Assembly (NCBI GenBank): GCA_951406725.2 | Contig: OX597840.1 | Coordinates: 6,386,001-6,450,000, forward strand | DNA length: 64,000 nucleotides | From: Octopus vulgaris | Lineage: Eukaryota | Direction: 5' to 3' | Shown: positions 37,976 to 57,219 of the stretch, one piece after another | How positions within the stretch are numbered: position 1 is the stretch's first letter | Layout: each line of letters starts with the position of its first letter | Translations under genes and position numbers: made by a program | The notes under the pieces: generated by a model | Seen by the model: only the letters and a program-made list of their open reading frames with translations | Database searches by the model: none | What the model was told of the DNA's origin: nothing

Positions 37976-40900
37976 CAACAACAGAACAATATAAGTCAGC
38001 ATCCATTCCTTACACAACCAGTACAGTTACACCAATGACAAATATCATTACCAAGACATCGTCTCCTACTAAGATTATAACCACCATGACCAATATATTA
38101 AACGCAACTACAATCCGTACACAAGCATTTTCTTCCACATCTCTTGGCAAAACACCTTCAATATTACCAAGCACTACAACAACGAGACAACAAACACAGG
38201 TACCATCAGCAACAACCTCAATACCATCAGCAACAACCTCAGTACCATCAGCAACAACATCCATACCATCAGCAACAATATCAATACCATCAGCAACAAC
38301 ATCCATACCATCAGCAACAATATCGATACCATCAGCAACAACATCCATACCATCAGCAACAATATCGACACCATCAGCAATGACAACAACACCAGCAACA
38401 AAGGCATCAATACTGTCAACAACATCAGTAATACCATCTGCAACAATATCAATACCTTCCACAATTACATCAATACCATCGGCAACAATATCAGTGACAG
38501 CAGCAACAACTACAGTACCATCCCAAACAAAATGGATACCATCAGTCATGACATCGATGTCAACAGCAACAACATCAATACCACTCGTAACATCAACACC
38601 ATCAGCAATGACATCAATACCACCAGCAACAACAACAGTACCATCAACAATAACATCAATTCCATCAGCCACAACATCAACACTATCAGCAACAACATCA
38701 ATACCATCAGCGACAACATCAATACCATTAGCGACAACATCAATACCATCAGCAACAACATCAATACCGTCAGCAACAACATCAATACCATCAGCAACAA
38801 CATCAATACCATCAGAAACTACATCAATACCATCAGCAAAAACTTTAATACCATCAGCCACTACATCAATAACATCAGCAACAACATCAATACCGTCAGC
38901 AGCAACATCAATACCATCAGCAACAACATCAATACCGTCAGCAACAACATCAATACCATCAGCAAGAACATCCATAACATCAGCAGCAACATCAATACCG
39001 TCAGCAACAACATCAATACCATCAGCAACGACATCAATACCATCAGCAACGACATCAATACCATCAGCAACGACATCAAAACCATCAGCAACAACATCGA
39101 TACCATCAGCAACAACAACAATACCATCAGCAACAACATCAATACCATCAGCAACAACATCAATACCATCAGCTACGACATCAATACCATCAGCAACAAC
39201 ATCAATACCATCAGCAACAACATCAATACCATCAGCAACAACATCGATACCATCAGCAACAACATCGATACCATCAGCAACAACTTTAATACCATCAGCA
39301 ACAACATCAATACCATCAGAAACTACATCAATACCATCAGCAACAACTTTAATACCATCAGCCACTACATCAATATCATCAGCAGCAACATCAATACCGT
39401 CAGCAACAACATCAACACCATCAGCAACAACATCAATACCATCAGCAACAACAACAATACCATCAGCAACAACATCAATACCATCAGCAACAACATCAAT
39501 ACCATCAGCAATAACATCAATACCATCAGCAGCAACATACATACCATCAGCAACAACATCAATACCACCAGCAACAACATCAATACCATCAGCAACAACA
39601 TCAATACCATCAGCAACAACATCAATACCATCAGCAACAACATCAATACCATCAGTAATGACATCAATACCATCAGGAACGACAATACCATCAGCAACAA
39701 CATCAATACCATCAGCAACAACATCAATACCATCAGCAACAACATCAATACCATCACCAACAACAACAATACCATCACCAACAACATCAATACCATCAGC
39801 AACAACATCGATGCCATCAGCTACGACATCAATACCATCACCAACAACATCAATACCATCACCAACAACATCAATACCATCAGCAACAACATCAATACCA
39901 TCAGCAACAACATCAATACCATCAGCAACAACTTTAATACCATCAGCAACAACATCAATACCATCAGCAACAACATCAATACCGTCAGCAGCAACATCAA
40001 TACCATCAGCAAGAACATCCATAACATCAGCAGCAACATCAATACAGTCAGCAACAACATCAATACCATCAGCAACGACATCAATACCATCAGCAACATC
40101 AATACCATCAGCAACGACATCAAAACCATCAGCAACAACATCAATACCATCAGCAACAACATCAATACCATCAGCAACAACATCAATACCATCAGCAACA
40201 ACATCAATACCATCAGCAACAACATCAATACCATCAGCAACAACATCAATACCATCAGCAACAACATCAATACCATCAGCAACAACATCAATACCATCAG
40301 CAACAACATCAATACCATCAGCAACAACATCAATACCATCAGCAACAACATCAATACCATCAGCAACAACAATACCATCAGCAACAACATCAATACCATC
40401 AGCAACAACATCAATACCATCAGCAACAACAACAATACCATCAGCAACAACATCAATACCATCAGCAACAACATCAATACCATCAGCAATAACATCAATA
40501 CCATCAGCAACAACATACATACCATCAGCAACAACATCAATACCACCAGCAACAACACCAACACTACCAGCAACAACATCAATACCATCAGCAACAACAT
40601 CAATACCATCAGCAACAACATCAATACCATCAGTAATGACATCAATACCATCAGGAACGACAATACCATCAGTAATGACATCAATACCATCAGCAACAAC
40701 ATCAATACCGTCAGCAACAACATCAAAACCATCACCAACAACAACAATACCATCACCAACAACATCAATACCATCAGCAACAACATCGATGCCATCAGCT
40801 ACGACATCAATACCATCAGCAACAACATCAATACCGTCAGCAGCAACATCAATACCATCAGCAAGAACATCCATAACATCAGCAGCAACATCAATACCAT

Positions 40901-43900
40901 CAGCAAGAACATCCATAACATCAGCAACAACAACAATACCATCAGCAACAACATCAATACCATCAGCAACAACATCAATACCATCATCAAGAACATCCAT
41001 AACATCAGCAGCAACATCAATACCGTCAGCGACAACATCAATACCATCATCAGGAACATCAATACCATCAGCAACAACTTTAATACCTTCAGCAACAACA
41101 TCAATACCATCAGCAACAACATCAATACCATCAGCAACAACATCAATACCATCAGCAACAACATCAATAACATCAGCAACAACATCAATACCATCAGCAA
41201 CAACATCAATACCATCAGCAACAACATCAATACCATCAGCAACAACATCAATACCATCAGCAACAACATCAATACCATCAACAACAACATCCATAACATC
41301 AGCAGCAACATCAATACCGTCATCAACAAAATTAATACCGTCAGCAACAACATCAATACCGTCAGCAACAACATCAATACCATCAGCAACAACATCAATA
41401 CCATCAGCAACAACATCAATACCATCAGCAACAACATCAATACCATCAGCAACATCAATACCATCAGCAACAACATCAATACCATCAGCAACAACATCAA
41501 TACCATCAGCAACAACATCAATACCATCAGCAACAACATCAATACCATCAGCAACAACATCAATACCATCAGCAACAACATCAATACCGTCAGCAACAAC
41601 ATCAATACCATCAGCAACAACATCAATACCATCAGCAACAACATCAATACCATCAGCAACAACATCAATACCGTCAGCAACAACATCAATACCATCAGCA
41701 ACAACATCAATACCATCAGCAACAACATCAATACCATCAGCAACAACATCAATACCATCAGCAACAACATCAATACCATCAGCAACAACATCAATACCAT
41801 CAGCAACAACATCAATACCATCAGCAACAACATCAATACCATCAGTAATGACATCAATACCATCAGCAACAACATCAATACCATCAGCAACAACATCAAT
41901 ACCATCAGCAACAACATCAATACCATCAGCAACAACATCAATACCATCAACAACAACATCAATACCATCATCAACAACATCAATACCATCAGCAACAACA
42001 TCAATACCATCAGCAACAACATCAATACCATCAGCAACAACATCAATACCATCAGCAGCAACATCAATACCATCAGCAAGAACATCCATAACATCAGCAA
42101 CAACATCAATACCATCAGCAACAACATCAATACCATCAGCAACAACATCAATACCATCAGCAACAACATCAATACCATCAGCAACAACATCAATACCATC
42201 AGCAACAACATCAATACCATCAGCAGCAACATCAATACCATCAGCAACAACATCAATACCATCATCAACAACATCAATACCATCAGCAACAACATCAATA
42301 CCATCACAACAACATCAATACCATCAGCAACAACATCAATACCATCAGCAACAACATCAATACCATCAGCAACAACATCAATACCATCAGCAGCAACATC
42401 AATACCATCAGCAACAACATCAATACCATCAGCACAACAACAAATACCATCAGCAACAACATCAATACCATCAGCAACAACATCAATACCATCAGCAACA
42501 ACATCAATACCATCAGCAACAACATCAATACCATCAGCAACAACATCAATACCATCAGCAACAACATCAATACCATCAGCAACAACATCAATACCATCAG
42601 CAACAACATCAATACCATCAGCAGCAACATCAATACCTCAAAACAACAGCAACAACATCAATACCATCAGCAACAACATCAATACCATCAATACCAACAG
42701 CAAAACAATACCATCAGCAACAACATCAATACCATCAGCAACAACATCAGCACCATCAAACAACATCAATACCATCAATACCATCAGCAACAACATCAAT
42801 ACCGTCAGCAACAACATCAATACCATCAGCAACACATCAATACCATAGCAACAACATCAATACCATCAGCAACAACATCAATACCATCAGCAACAACATC
42901 AATACCATCAGCAACAACATCAATACCATCAGCAACAACATCAATACCATCAGCAACAACATCAATACCATCAGCACAACATCAATACCATCAGCACAAC
43001 ATCAATACCATCAGCAACAACATCAATACCATCAGCAACAACATCAATACCATCAGCAACAACATCAATACCATCAGCAACAACATCAATACCATCAGCA
43101 ACAACATCAATACCTCAGAACAACATCAATACCATCAGCAACAACATCAATACCATCAGCAACATCAATACCAACAAACACATCAATACCATCAGCAACA
43201 ACATCAATACCATCAGCAAAACATCAATAACATCAATACCACAGCAACAACATCAATACCATCAGCAACAACATCAATACCATCAGCAACAACATCAATA
43301 CCGTCAGCAACAACATCAATACCATCAGCAACAACATCAATACCATCAGCAATCACCATCAGCAACAACATCAATACCGTCAGCAACAACATCAATACCG
43401 TCAGCAACAACATCAATACCATCAGCAACATCAATACCATCAGCAACATCAATACATCAATCAACACAGCAACAACATCAATACCATCAGCAACAACATC
43501 AATACCGTCAGCAACAACATCAATACCATCAGCAACAACATCAATACCATCAGCAACAACATCAATACCATCAGCAACAACATCAATACCATCAGCAACA
43601 ACATCAATACCATCACAACAACATCAATACCATCAGCAACAACATCAATACCATCAGCAACAACATCAATACCATCAGCAACAACATCAATACCATCAGC
43701 AACAACATCAATACCATCAGCAACAACATCAATACCATCAGCAACAACATCAATACCATCAGCAACAACATCAATACCATCAGCAGCAACATCAATACCA
43801 TCAGCAACAACATCAATACCATCAGCAACAACATCAATACCATCAGCAACAACATCAATACCATCAGCAACAACATCAATACCATCAGCACAACATCAAT

Positions 43901-46900
43901 ACCATCAGCAACAACATCAATACCATCAGCAACAACATCAATACATCAGCAACAACATCAATACCATCAGCAACAACATCAATACCATCAGCAACAACAT
44001 CAATACCATCAGCAGCAATACCATCAGCAACAACATCAATACCATCAGCAACAACATCAATACCATCAGCACAACATCATCCTCACAACAACATCAATAC
44101 CATCAGCAACAACATCAATACCATCAGCAACAACATCAATACCATCAGCAACAACATCAATACCATCAGCAACAACATCAATACCATCAGCAACAGCATC
44201 AATACCATTAACAACAACATCAATACCATCAGCAACAACATCAATACCATCAGCAACAACATCAATACCATCAGCAACAACATCAATACCGTCAGCAACA
44301 ACATCAATACCGTCAGCAACAACATCAATACCATCAGCAACAACATCAATACCATCAGCAACAACATCAATACCATCAACAACAACATCAATACCATCAG
44401 CAACAACATCAATACCATCAGCAACAACATCAATACCATCAGCAACAACATCAATACCATCAGCAACAACATCAATACCGTCAGCAGCAACATCAATACC
44501 ATCAGCAAGAACATCCATAACATCAGCAACAACATCAATACCATCAGCAACAACATCAATACCGTCAGCAACAACATCAATACCATCAGCAACAACATCA
44601 ATACCATCAGCAACAACATCAATACCATCAGCAACAACATCAATACCGTCAGCAACAACATCAATACCATCAGCAACAACATCAATACCATCAGCAACAA
44701 CATCAATACCATCAGCAACAACATCAATACCATCAGCAACAACATCAATACCATCAGCAGCAACATCAATACCATCAGCAACAACATCAATACCATCAGC
44801 AACAACATCAATACCATCAGCAACAACATCAATACCATCAGCAACAACATCAATACCGTCAGCAACAACATCAATACCATCAGCAACAACATCAATACCA
44901 TCAGCAACAACATCAATACCATCAGCAACAACATCAATACCATCAGCAGCAACATCAATACCATCAGCAACAACATCAATACCATCAGCAACAACATCAA
45001 TACCATCAGCAGCAACATCAATACCATCAGCAACAACATCAATACCATCAGCAACAACATCAATACCATCAGCAACAACATCAATACCATCAGCAACAAC
45101 ATCAATACCATCAGCAACAACATCAATACCACCAACAACATCAATACCATCACAACAACATCAATACCAGCAACAACATCAATACCGTCAGAAACAACAT
45201 CAATACCAACAACAACATCAATACCCACAACAACATCAATACCAACAACAACATCAATACCAACAACAACATCAATACCGTCAGCAACAACATCAATACC
45301 GTCAGCAACAACATCATTGCCATCAGCAACAACATCAATACCGTCAGCAGCAACATCAATACCATCAGCAGCAACATCAATACCATCAGCAATAACATCA
45401 ATACCGTCAGCAACAACATCAATACCGTCAGCAACAACATCATTGCCATCAGCAACAACATCAATACCGTCAGCAGCAACAACATCAATACCATCAGCAA
45501 CAACATCAATACCATCAGCAACAACATCAATACCATCAGCAACAACATCAATACCATCAGCAACAACATCAATACCGACAGCAACAACATCAATACCATC
45601 AGCAATAACATCAATACCATCAGCGACAACATCAATACCACCAGCAACAACATCAATACCATCAGCAGCAACATCAATACCGTCAGCAACAACATCAATA
45701 CCATCAGCAACAACATCAATGCCATCAGCCACAACATCAATACCATCAGCAACAACATCAATACCATCAGCAACAACATCAATACCATCAGCAACAACAT
45801 CAATACCATCAGCAACAACATCAATACCATCAGCAACAACATCAATACCATCAGAAACAACATCAATACCATCAGAAACAGCATCAATACCATTAACAAC
45901 AACATCAATACCGTCAGCGACAACATCAATACCACCAGCAGCAACATCAATACCATCAGCAGCAACATCAATACCGTCAGCAACAACATCAATACCATCA
46001 GCAACAACATCAATACCATCAGCAACAACATCAATACCATCAGCAACAACATCAATACCATCAGCAACAACATCAATACCCACAACATCAATACCATCAG
46101 CAGCAACATCAATACCATCAGCAACAACATCAATACCATCAGCAATAACATCAATACCATCAGCAACAGCAACAACAACATCAATACCCAGCAACAACAT
46201 CAATACCATCAGCAACAACATCAATACCATCAACAACATCAATACCATCAACAACATCAATACCGCCAGCAACAACATCAGCAACAACATCAATACCATC
46301 AGCAGCAACATCAATACCATCAGCAACAACATCAATACCATCAGCAACAACATCAATACCATCAGCAACAACATCAATACCATCAGCAACAACAACAATA
46401 CCATCAGCAACAACATCAATACCGTCAGCAACAACATCAATACCATCAGCAACAACATACATACCATCAGCAACAACATCAATACCACCAGCAACAACAC
46501 CAACACTACCTGCCACTACATCAATACCATCAGCAACAACATCAATACCATCAGCAACAACATCAATACCATCAGTAATGACATCAATACCATCAGCAAC
46601 AACACGAAAACCATCAGCAATGACATCAATACCATCAGCAATAACATCAATACCATCAGCAACAACAACAATACCATCATCAACAACATCAGTACCGACA
46701 GCAACAACATCAATACCATCAGCAATAACATCAATACCATCAGCAACAACATCAATACCATCAGCAACAACATCAATACCATCATCAACAACATCAATAC
46801 CGACAGCAACAACATCAATACCATCAGCAACTACATCAATACCATCAGCAACAACATCAATACCATCAGCAACAACATCAATACCATTAGCAACAACATC

Positions 46901-47006
46901 AATACCATCATCAACAACATCATTACCGACAGCAACAACATCAATACCATCAGCAACAACATCATTACCGTCAACAACAACATCAATACCATCAGCAACA
47001 ACATCA
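37976..47006 (+). CDS. Giant mucin PTS exon: unique Thr/Ser-rich lead-in, then (IPSATTS)n; frame intact to ~42305, then frameshifts; truncated by the N-gap
   Basis: tgttccatgttacag|CA ACA ACA GAA is a phase-1 acceptor matching upstream donors; ~1440 uninterrupted PTS codons; length variants in the first 4.3 kb preserve frame. Confidence 0.85.
38200..47006 (+). repeat. Coding VNTR, 21-nt unit ATACCATCAGCAACAACATCA, roughly 400 copies with higher-order blocks
   Basis: Directly visible tandem array. Confidence 0.98.
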
Positions 47007-47106
47007 NNNNNNNNNNNNNNNNNNNNNNNNNNNNNNNNNNNNNNNNNNNNNNNNNNNNNNNNNNNNNNNNNNNNNNNNNNNNNNNNNNNNNNNNNNNNNN
47101 NNNNNN
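47007..47106. other. Assembly gap (100 N)
   Basis: N run. Confidence 1.
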
Positions 47107-47659
47107 TTTCTTTATTACCCACAAGGGGCTAAACACAGAGGGGACAAACAAGGACAGACATAGGTATTAAGTCGATTACATCGACCCCAGTGCGTAACTG
47201 GTACTTAATTTATCGACCCCGAAATGATGAAAGGTAAAGTCGACCTCGGCGGAATTTGAACTCACAACGTAACGGCAGACAAAATACCGCAAAGCATTTC
47301 GCCCGACGTGCTAACGTTTCTGCCAGCTCCCCGTCTTTATTTGTAAGCCTAGCACTTATTCTGTCGGTCTCTTTTGCTGAACCGCTAAGTACGGCGACGT
47401 AAACACATCAGCATCGGTTGTCAAGTGATGTTGGTGGGGGGGGGGAAGGAACACAGACACACAAACATACACACATATATATATACACATATACATATAT
47501 ACGACGGGCTTCTTTCAGTTTCCGTCTACCAAATCCACTCACAAGGCTTTGGTCGGCCTGAGACTATAGTAGAAGACACTTGCCCAAGGTGCCACGCAGT
47601 TGGACTGAACCTAGAACCATGTGACTGGTAAGCAAACTACTTACTACACAGCCACTCCC

Positions 47660-47673
47660 ACATACATACATAC

Positions 47674-47704
<31 letters not shown>

Positions 47705-47909
47705 CATACATACATACATACATACATACATACATACATACATACACACATACATACATACATACATACATACATACATACATACATACATACATACATA
47801 CATACATACATACATACATACATACATACATACATACATACATACATACATACGCCCATACATACATACATACATACATACATACATACATACATACATA
47901 CATACATAC

Positions 47910-47940
<31 letters not shown>

Positions 47941-50900
47941 CATACATACATACATACATACATACATACATACATACATACATACATACATACACACATA
48001 CATACATACATACATACATACATACATACATACATACATACATACACACATACATACATACATACATACATACATACATACATACATACATACATACATA
48101 CATACATACAGACATACATACATACATACATACATACACACATACATACATACATACATACATACATACATACATACATACATACATACATACATACATA
48201 CATACATACATACATACATACACACATACATACATACATACATACATACATACATACACACATACATACATACATACATACACACATACATACATACATA
48301 CATACATACATACATACACACATACATACATACATACATACACACATACATACATACATACATACATACATACACACATACATACATACATACATACACA
48401 CATACATACATACATACATACATACATACACACATACATACATACATACATACATACATACATACACACATACATACATACATACATACACACATACATA
48501 CATACATACATACATACATACATACATACATACATACATACATACATACATACATACATACATACATACATACATACATACATACATACATACATACATA
48601 CATACATACATACATACATACATACATACATACATACATACATACATACATACATACATACATACATACATACATACATACATACATACATACATACATA
48701 CATACATACATACATACATACATACATACATACATACATACATACATACATACATACATACATACATACATACATACATACATACATACATACATACATA
48801 CATACATACATACATACATACATACATACATACATACATACATACATACATACATACATACATACATACATACATACATACATACATACATACATACATA
48901 CATACATACATACACACATACATACATACATACAGACATACATACATACATACATACATACATACATACATACAGACATACATACATACATACATACATA
49001 CATACATACATACATACATACATACATACATACATACATACATACATACATACATACATACATACATACATACATACATACATACATACATACATACATA
49101 CATACACACATACATACATACATACATACATACATACATACATACATACATACATACATACATACATACATACATACATACATACATACATACATACATA
49201 CATACATACATACATACATACATACATACATACATACATACATACATACATACATACATACATACATACATACATACATACATACATACATACATACATA
49301 CATACATACATACATACATACATACATACATACATACATACATACATACATACATACATACATACATACATACATACATACATACATACATACATACATA
49401 CATACATACATACATACATACATACATACATACATACATACATACATACATACATACATACATACATACATACATACATACATACATACATACATACATA
49501 CATACATACATACATACATACATACATACATACATACATACATACACACATACATACATACATACATACATACATACATACATACATACATACACACATA
49601 CATACATACATACATACATACATACATACATACATACATACACACATACATACATACATACATACATACATACATACATACATACATACACACATACATA
49701 CATACATACATACATACATACATACATACACACATACATACATACATACATACATACATACATACATACATACATACATACATACATACTTACATACATA
49801 CATACATACATACATACTTACATACATACATACATACATACACACATACATACATACATACATACATACATACATACATACATACATACATACATACATA
49901 CATACATACATACATACATACATACATACATACATACATACATACATACATACATACATACATACATACATACATACATACATACATACATACATACATA
50001 CATACATACATACATACATACATACATACATACATACATACATACACACATACATACATACATACATACATACACACATACATACATACATACATACATA
50101 CATACATACATACATACATACATACATACATACATACATACATACACACATACATACATACATACATACATACATACATACATACATACATACATACATA
50201 CATACACACATACATACATACATACATACATACATACATACATACATACATACATACATACATACATACATACATACATACATACATACATACATACATA
50301 CATACATACATACATACATACATACATACATACATACATACATACATACATACATACATACATACACACATACATACATACATACATACATACATACATA
50401 CATACATACATACAAATATACATACATACATACATACATACATACATACATACATACATACATACATACATACATACATACATACATACATACATACATA
50501 CATACATACATACATACATACATACATACATACATACATACATACATACATACATACATACATACATACATACATACATACATACATACATACATACATA
50601 CATACATACATACATACATACATACATACATACATACATACATACATACATACATACATACATACATACATACATACATACATACATACATACATACATA
50701 CATACATACATACATACATACATACATACATACATACATACATACATACATACATACATACATACATACATACATACATACATACATACATACATACATA
50801 CATACATACATACATACATACACACATACATACATACATACATACATACATACATACATACATACATACATACATACATACATACATACATACATACACA

Positions 50901-51117
50901 CATACATACATACATACATACATACATACATACATACATACATACATACATACATACATACATACATACATACATACATACATACATACATACATACATA
51001 CATACATACATACATACATACATACATACATACATACATACATACATACATACATACATACATACATACATACATACATACATACATACATACATACATA
51101 CATACATACATACACAC

Positions 51118-51148
<31 letters not shown>

Positions 51149-51289
51149 CATACATACATACATACATACATACATACATACATACATACATACATACATA
51201 CATACATACATACATACATACATACATACATACATACATACATACATACATACATACATACATACATACATACATACATACATACATAC

Positions 51290-51320
<31 letters not shown>

Positions 51321-51721
51321 CATACATACATACATACATACATACATACATACATACATACATACATACATACATACATACATACATACATACATACATA
51401 CATACATACATACATACATACATACATACATACATACATACATACATACATACATACATACATACACACTTACATACATACATACATACATACATACACA
51501 TACATACATACATACATACATACATACATACATACATACATACATACACACATACATACATACATACATACATACATACATACATACAATACATACATAC
51601 ATACATACATACATACATACATACATACACACATACATACATACATACATTCATACATACATACATACATACATACATACATACATACATACATACATAC
51701 ACACATACATACATACATACA

Positions 51722-51753
<32 letters not shown>

Positions 51754-52927
51754 CATACATACATACATACATACATACATACATACATACATACATACAT
51801 ACATACATACATACATACATACATACATACATACATACATACATACATACATACATACATACATACATACATACATACATACACATACATACATACATAC
51901 ATACATACATACATACATACATACATACATACATACATACATACATACATACACACATACATACATACATACATACATACATACATACATACATACATAC
52001 ATACATACATACATACATACATACATACATACATACATACATACATACATACATACATACATACATACATACATACATACATACATACATACATACATAC
52101 ATACATACATACACACATACATACATACATACATACATACATACATACATACATACATACATACATACATACATACATACATACATACATACATACATAC
52201 ATACATACATACATACATACATACATACATACATACATACATACATACATACATACATACATACATACATACATACATACATACATACATACATACATAC
52301 ATACACACATACATACATACATACATACATACATACATACATACATACATACATACATACATACATACATACATACATACATACATACATACATACATAC
52401 ATACATACATACATACATACATACATACATACATACATACATACATACATACATACATACATACATACATACATACATACATACATACATACATACATAC
52501 ATACATACATACATACATACATACATACATACATACATACATACATACATACATACATACATACATACATACATACATACATACATACATACATACATAC
52601 ATACATACATACATACATACATACATACATACATACATACATACATACATACATACATACATACATACATACATACATACATACATACATACATACATAC
52701 ACACATACATACATACATACATACATACATACATACATACATACATACATACATACATACATACATACATACATACATACATACACACATACACACACAC
52801 ATACATACATACATACATACATACATACATACATACATACATACATACATACATACACATACATACATACATACATACATACATACATACATACATACAT
52901 ACATACATACATACATACATACATACA

Positions 52928-52959
<32 letters not shown>

Positions 52960-53440
52960 CACACATACATACATACATACATACATACATACATACATAC
53001 ATACATGTCTGTCTGTCTGTCATACATACATACATACATACATACATACATACATACATACATACATACACACACATACATACATACATACATACATACA
53101 TACATACATACATACACACATACATACATACATACATACATACATACATACATACATACATACATACATACATACATACATACATACATACATACATACA
53201 TACACACATACACACACACATACATACATACATACATACATACATACATACATACATACATACATACATACATACATACATACATACATACATACATACA
53301 TACATACATACATACATACATACATACATACATACATACATACATACATACATACATACATACATACATACATACATACATACATACATACATACATACA
53401 TACATACATACATACATACATACATACATACATACATACA

Positions 53441-53474
<34 letters not shown>

Positions 53475-54135
53475 CATATATACACACATACATACATACA
53501 TACATACATACATACATACATACATACACACATACATACATACATACATACATACATACATACATACATACATACATACATACATACATACATACATACA
53601 TACATACATACATACATACACATACATACATACATACATACATACATACATACACACATACATACATACATACATACATACATACATACATACATACATA
53701 CATACATACATACATACATACATACATACATACATACATACATACATACATACATACATACATACATACATACATACATACATACATACATACATACATA
53801 CATACATACATACATACATACATACATACATACATACATACATACATACATACATACATACATACATACATACATACATACATACATACATACATACATA
53901 CATACATACATACATACATACATACATACATACATACATACATACATACATACATACATACATACATACATACATACATACATACATACATACATACATA
54001 CATACATACATACATACATACATACATACATACATACATACATACATACATACATACATACATACATACATACATACATACATACAGACATACATACATA
54101 CATACAATACATACATACATACATACATACATACA

Positions 54136-54166
<31 letters not shown>

Positions 54167-55923
54167 CATACATACATACATACATACATACATACATACA
54201 TACATACATACATACATACATACATACATACATACATACATACATACATACATACATACATACATACATACATACATACATACATACATACATACATACA
54301 TACATACATACATACATACATACATACATACATACATACATACATACATACATACATACATACATACATACATACATACATACATACATACATACATACA
54401 TACATACATACATACATACATACATACATACATACATACATACATACATACATACATACATACATACATACATACATACATACATACAGACATACATACA
54501 TACATACATACATACATACATACATACATACATACATACATACATACATACATACATACATACATACAGACATACATACATACATACATACATACATACA
54601 TACATACATACATACATACATACATACATACAGACATACATACATACATACATACATACATACATACATACATACATACATACATACATACATACATACA
54701 TACAGACATACATACATACATACATACATACATACATACATACATACATACATACATACATACAGACATACATACATACAGACATACATACATACATACA
54801 TACATACATACATACATACATACATACATACATACATACATACATACATACATACATACATACATACATACATACATACATACATACATACATACATACA
54901 TACATACATACATACATACATACATACATACATACATACATACATACATACATACATACATACATACATACATACATACATACATACATACATACATACA
55001 TACATACATACATACATACATACATACATACATACATACATACATACATACATACATACATACATACATACATACATACATACATACATACATACATACA
55101 TACATACATACATACATACATACATACATACATACATACATACATACATACATACATACATACATACATACATACATACATACATACATACATACATACA
55201 TACATACATACATACATACATACATACATACATACATACATACATACATACATACATACATACATACATACATACATACATACATACATACATACATACA
55301 TACATACATACATACATACATACATACATACATACATACATACATACATACATACATACATACATACATACATACATACATACATACATACATACATACA
55401 TACATACATACATACATACATACATACATACATACATACAGACATACATACATACAGACATACATACATACATACATACATACATACATACATACATACA
55501 TACATACATACATACATACATACATACATACATACATACATACATACATACATACATACATACATACATACATACATACATACATACATACATACATACA
55601 TACATACATACATACATACATACATACATACATACATACATACATACATACATACATACATACATACATACATACATACATACATACATACATACATACA
55701 TACATACATACATACATACATACATACATACATACATACAGACATACATACATACATACATACATACATACATACAAACATATACGTACATATATACATA
55801 CATACATACATACACACATACATACATACATACATACATACATACATACAGACATACATACATACATACATACATACATACATACATACATACATACATA
55901 CATACATACATACATACATACAT

Positions 55924-55954
<31 letters not shown>

Positions 55955-56497
55955 TACATACATACATACATACATACATACATACATACATACATACATA
56001 CATACATACATACATACATACATACACACACATACATACATACATACATACATACATACATACATACATACATACATACATACATACATACATACATACA
56101 TACATACATACATACATACATACATACATACATACATACATACATACATACATACATACATACATACATACATACATACATACATACACACACATACATA
56201 CATACATACATACATACACACACATACATACATACATACATACATACATACATACATACATACATACATACATACATACATACATACATACATACATACA
56301 TACATACATACATACATACATACATACATACATACATACACACATACATACATACATACATACATACACACACATACATACATACATACATACATACATA
56401 CATACATACATACATACATACATACATACATACATACATACACACACATACATACATACATACATACATACATACATACATACATACATACATACAT

Positions 56498-56534
<37 letters not shown>

Positions 56535-56617
56535 TACATACATACATACATACATACATACATACATACATACATACATACATACATACATACATACATA
56601 CATACATACATACACAC

Positions 56618-56649
<32 letters not shown>

Positions 56650-56684
56650 ACATACATACATACATGCATACATACATACATACA

Positions 56685-56713
<29 letters not shown>
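47660..56713. repeat. ~9-kb (ATAC)n tetranucleotide array
   Basis: Direct; sparse ACAC/AGAC variants. Confidence 0.99.
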
Positions 56714-56715
<2 letters not shown>

Positions 56716-56872
56716 TACAGAAGTAGACATTGGCGTGGGAGTGGCTGTGTGGTAAGTAGCTTGGCACCTTGAGCAAGTGTCTTCTACTATAGCCTCGGGC
56801 CGACCAAAGCCTTTTGAGTGGATTTAGTAGACCGAAACTGAAAGAAGCCCGTCGTATATATGTATGTATATC

Positions 56873-56905
<33 letters not shown>

Positions 56906-57219
56906 TTATGTGTTTGTGTTTGTCCCCCCAACATCGTTTGACAACTGATGCTGGTGTGTTTAGGTCCTCGTAACTTAGTGGTTCTGCAAAAGAGACCGAT
57001 AGAATAAGTACTATGCTTACAGGAATAAGTCCTAGGGTCAATTTGCTCGACTAAAGGCGGTGCTCCAGCATGGCCACAGTCAAATGACTGAAACAAGTAA
57101 AAGCGTAAAAGAGTATCCCATAAGACATTGTTTTATCTTTATTTTAATTTATAAAGGTTTATATTTTTTATTAATTGACATTTATATGTTTCAGGTTCTG
57201 AAACATATATGTGACTTTT

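Noticed and set aside
38010-47151. Overlapping and antisense ORFs (ADGIDVV)n, (MVLMLLL)n, (NNINTIS)n
   Set aside because: The 21-nt unit is stop-free in five frames; only the PTS frame has a phase-compatible acceptor and a unique lead-in
47564-56776. Very long ORFs (up to 3044 aa; HTYI/MYVC repeats)
   Set aside because: Artefact of the stop-free (ATAC)n microsatellite
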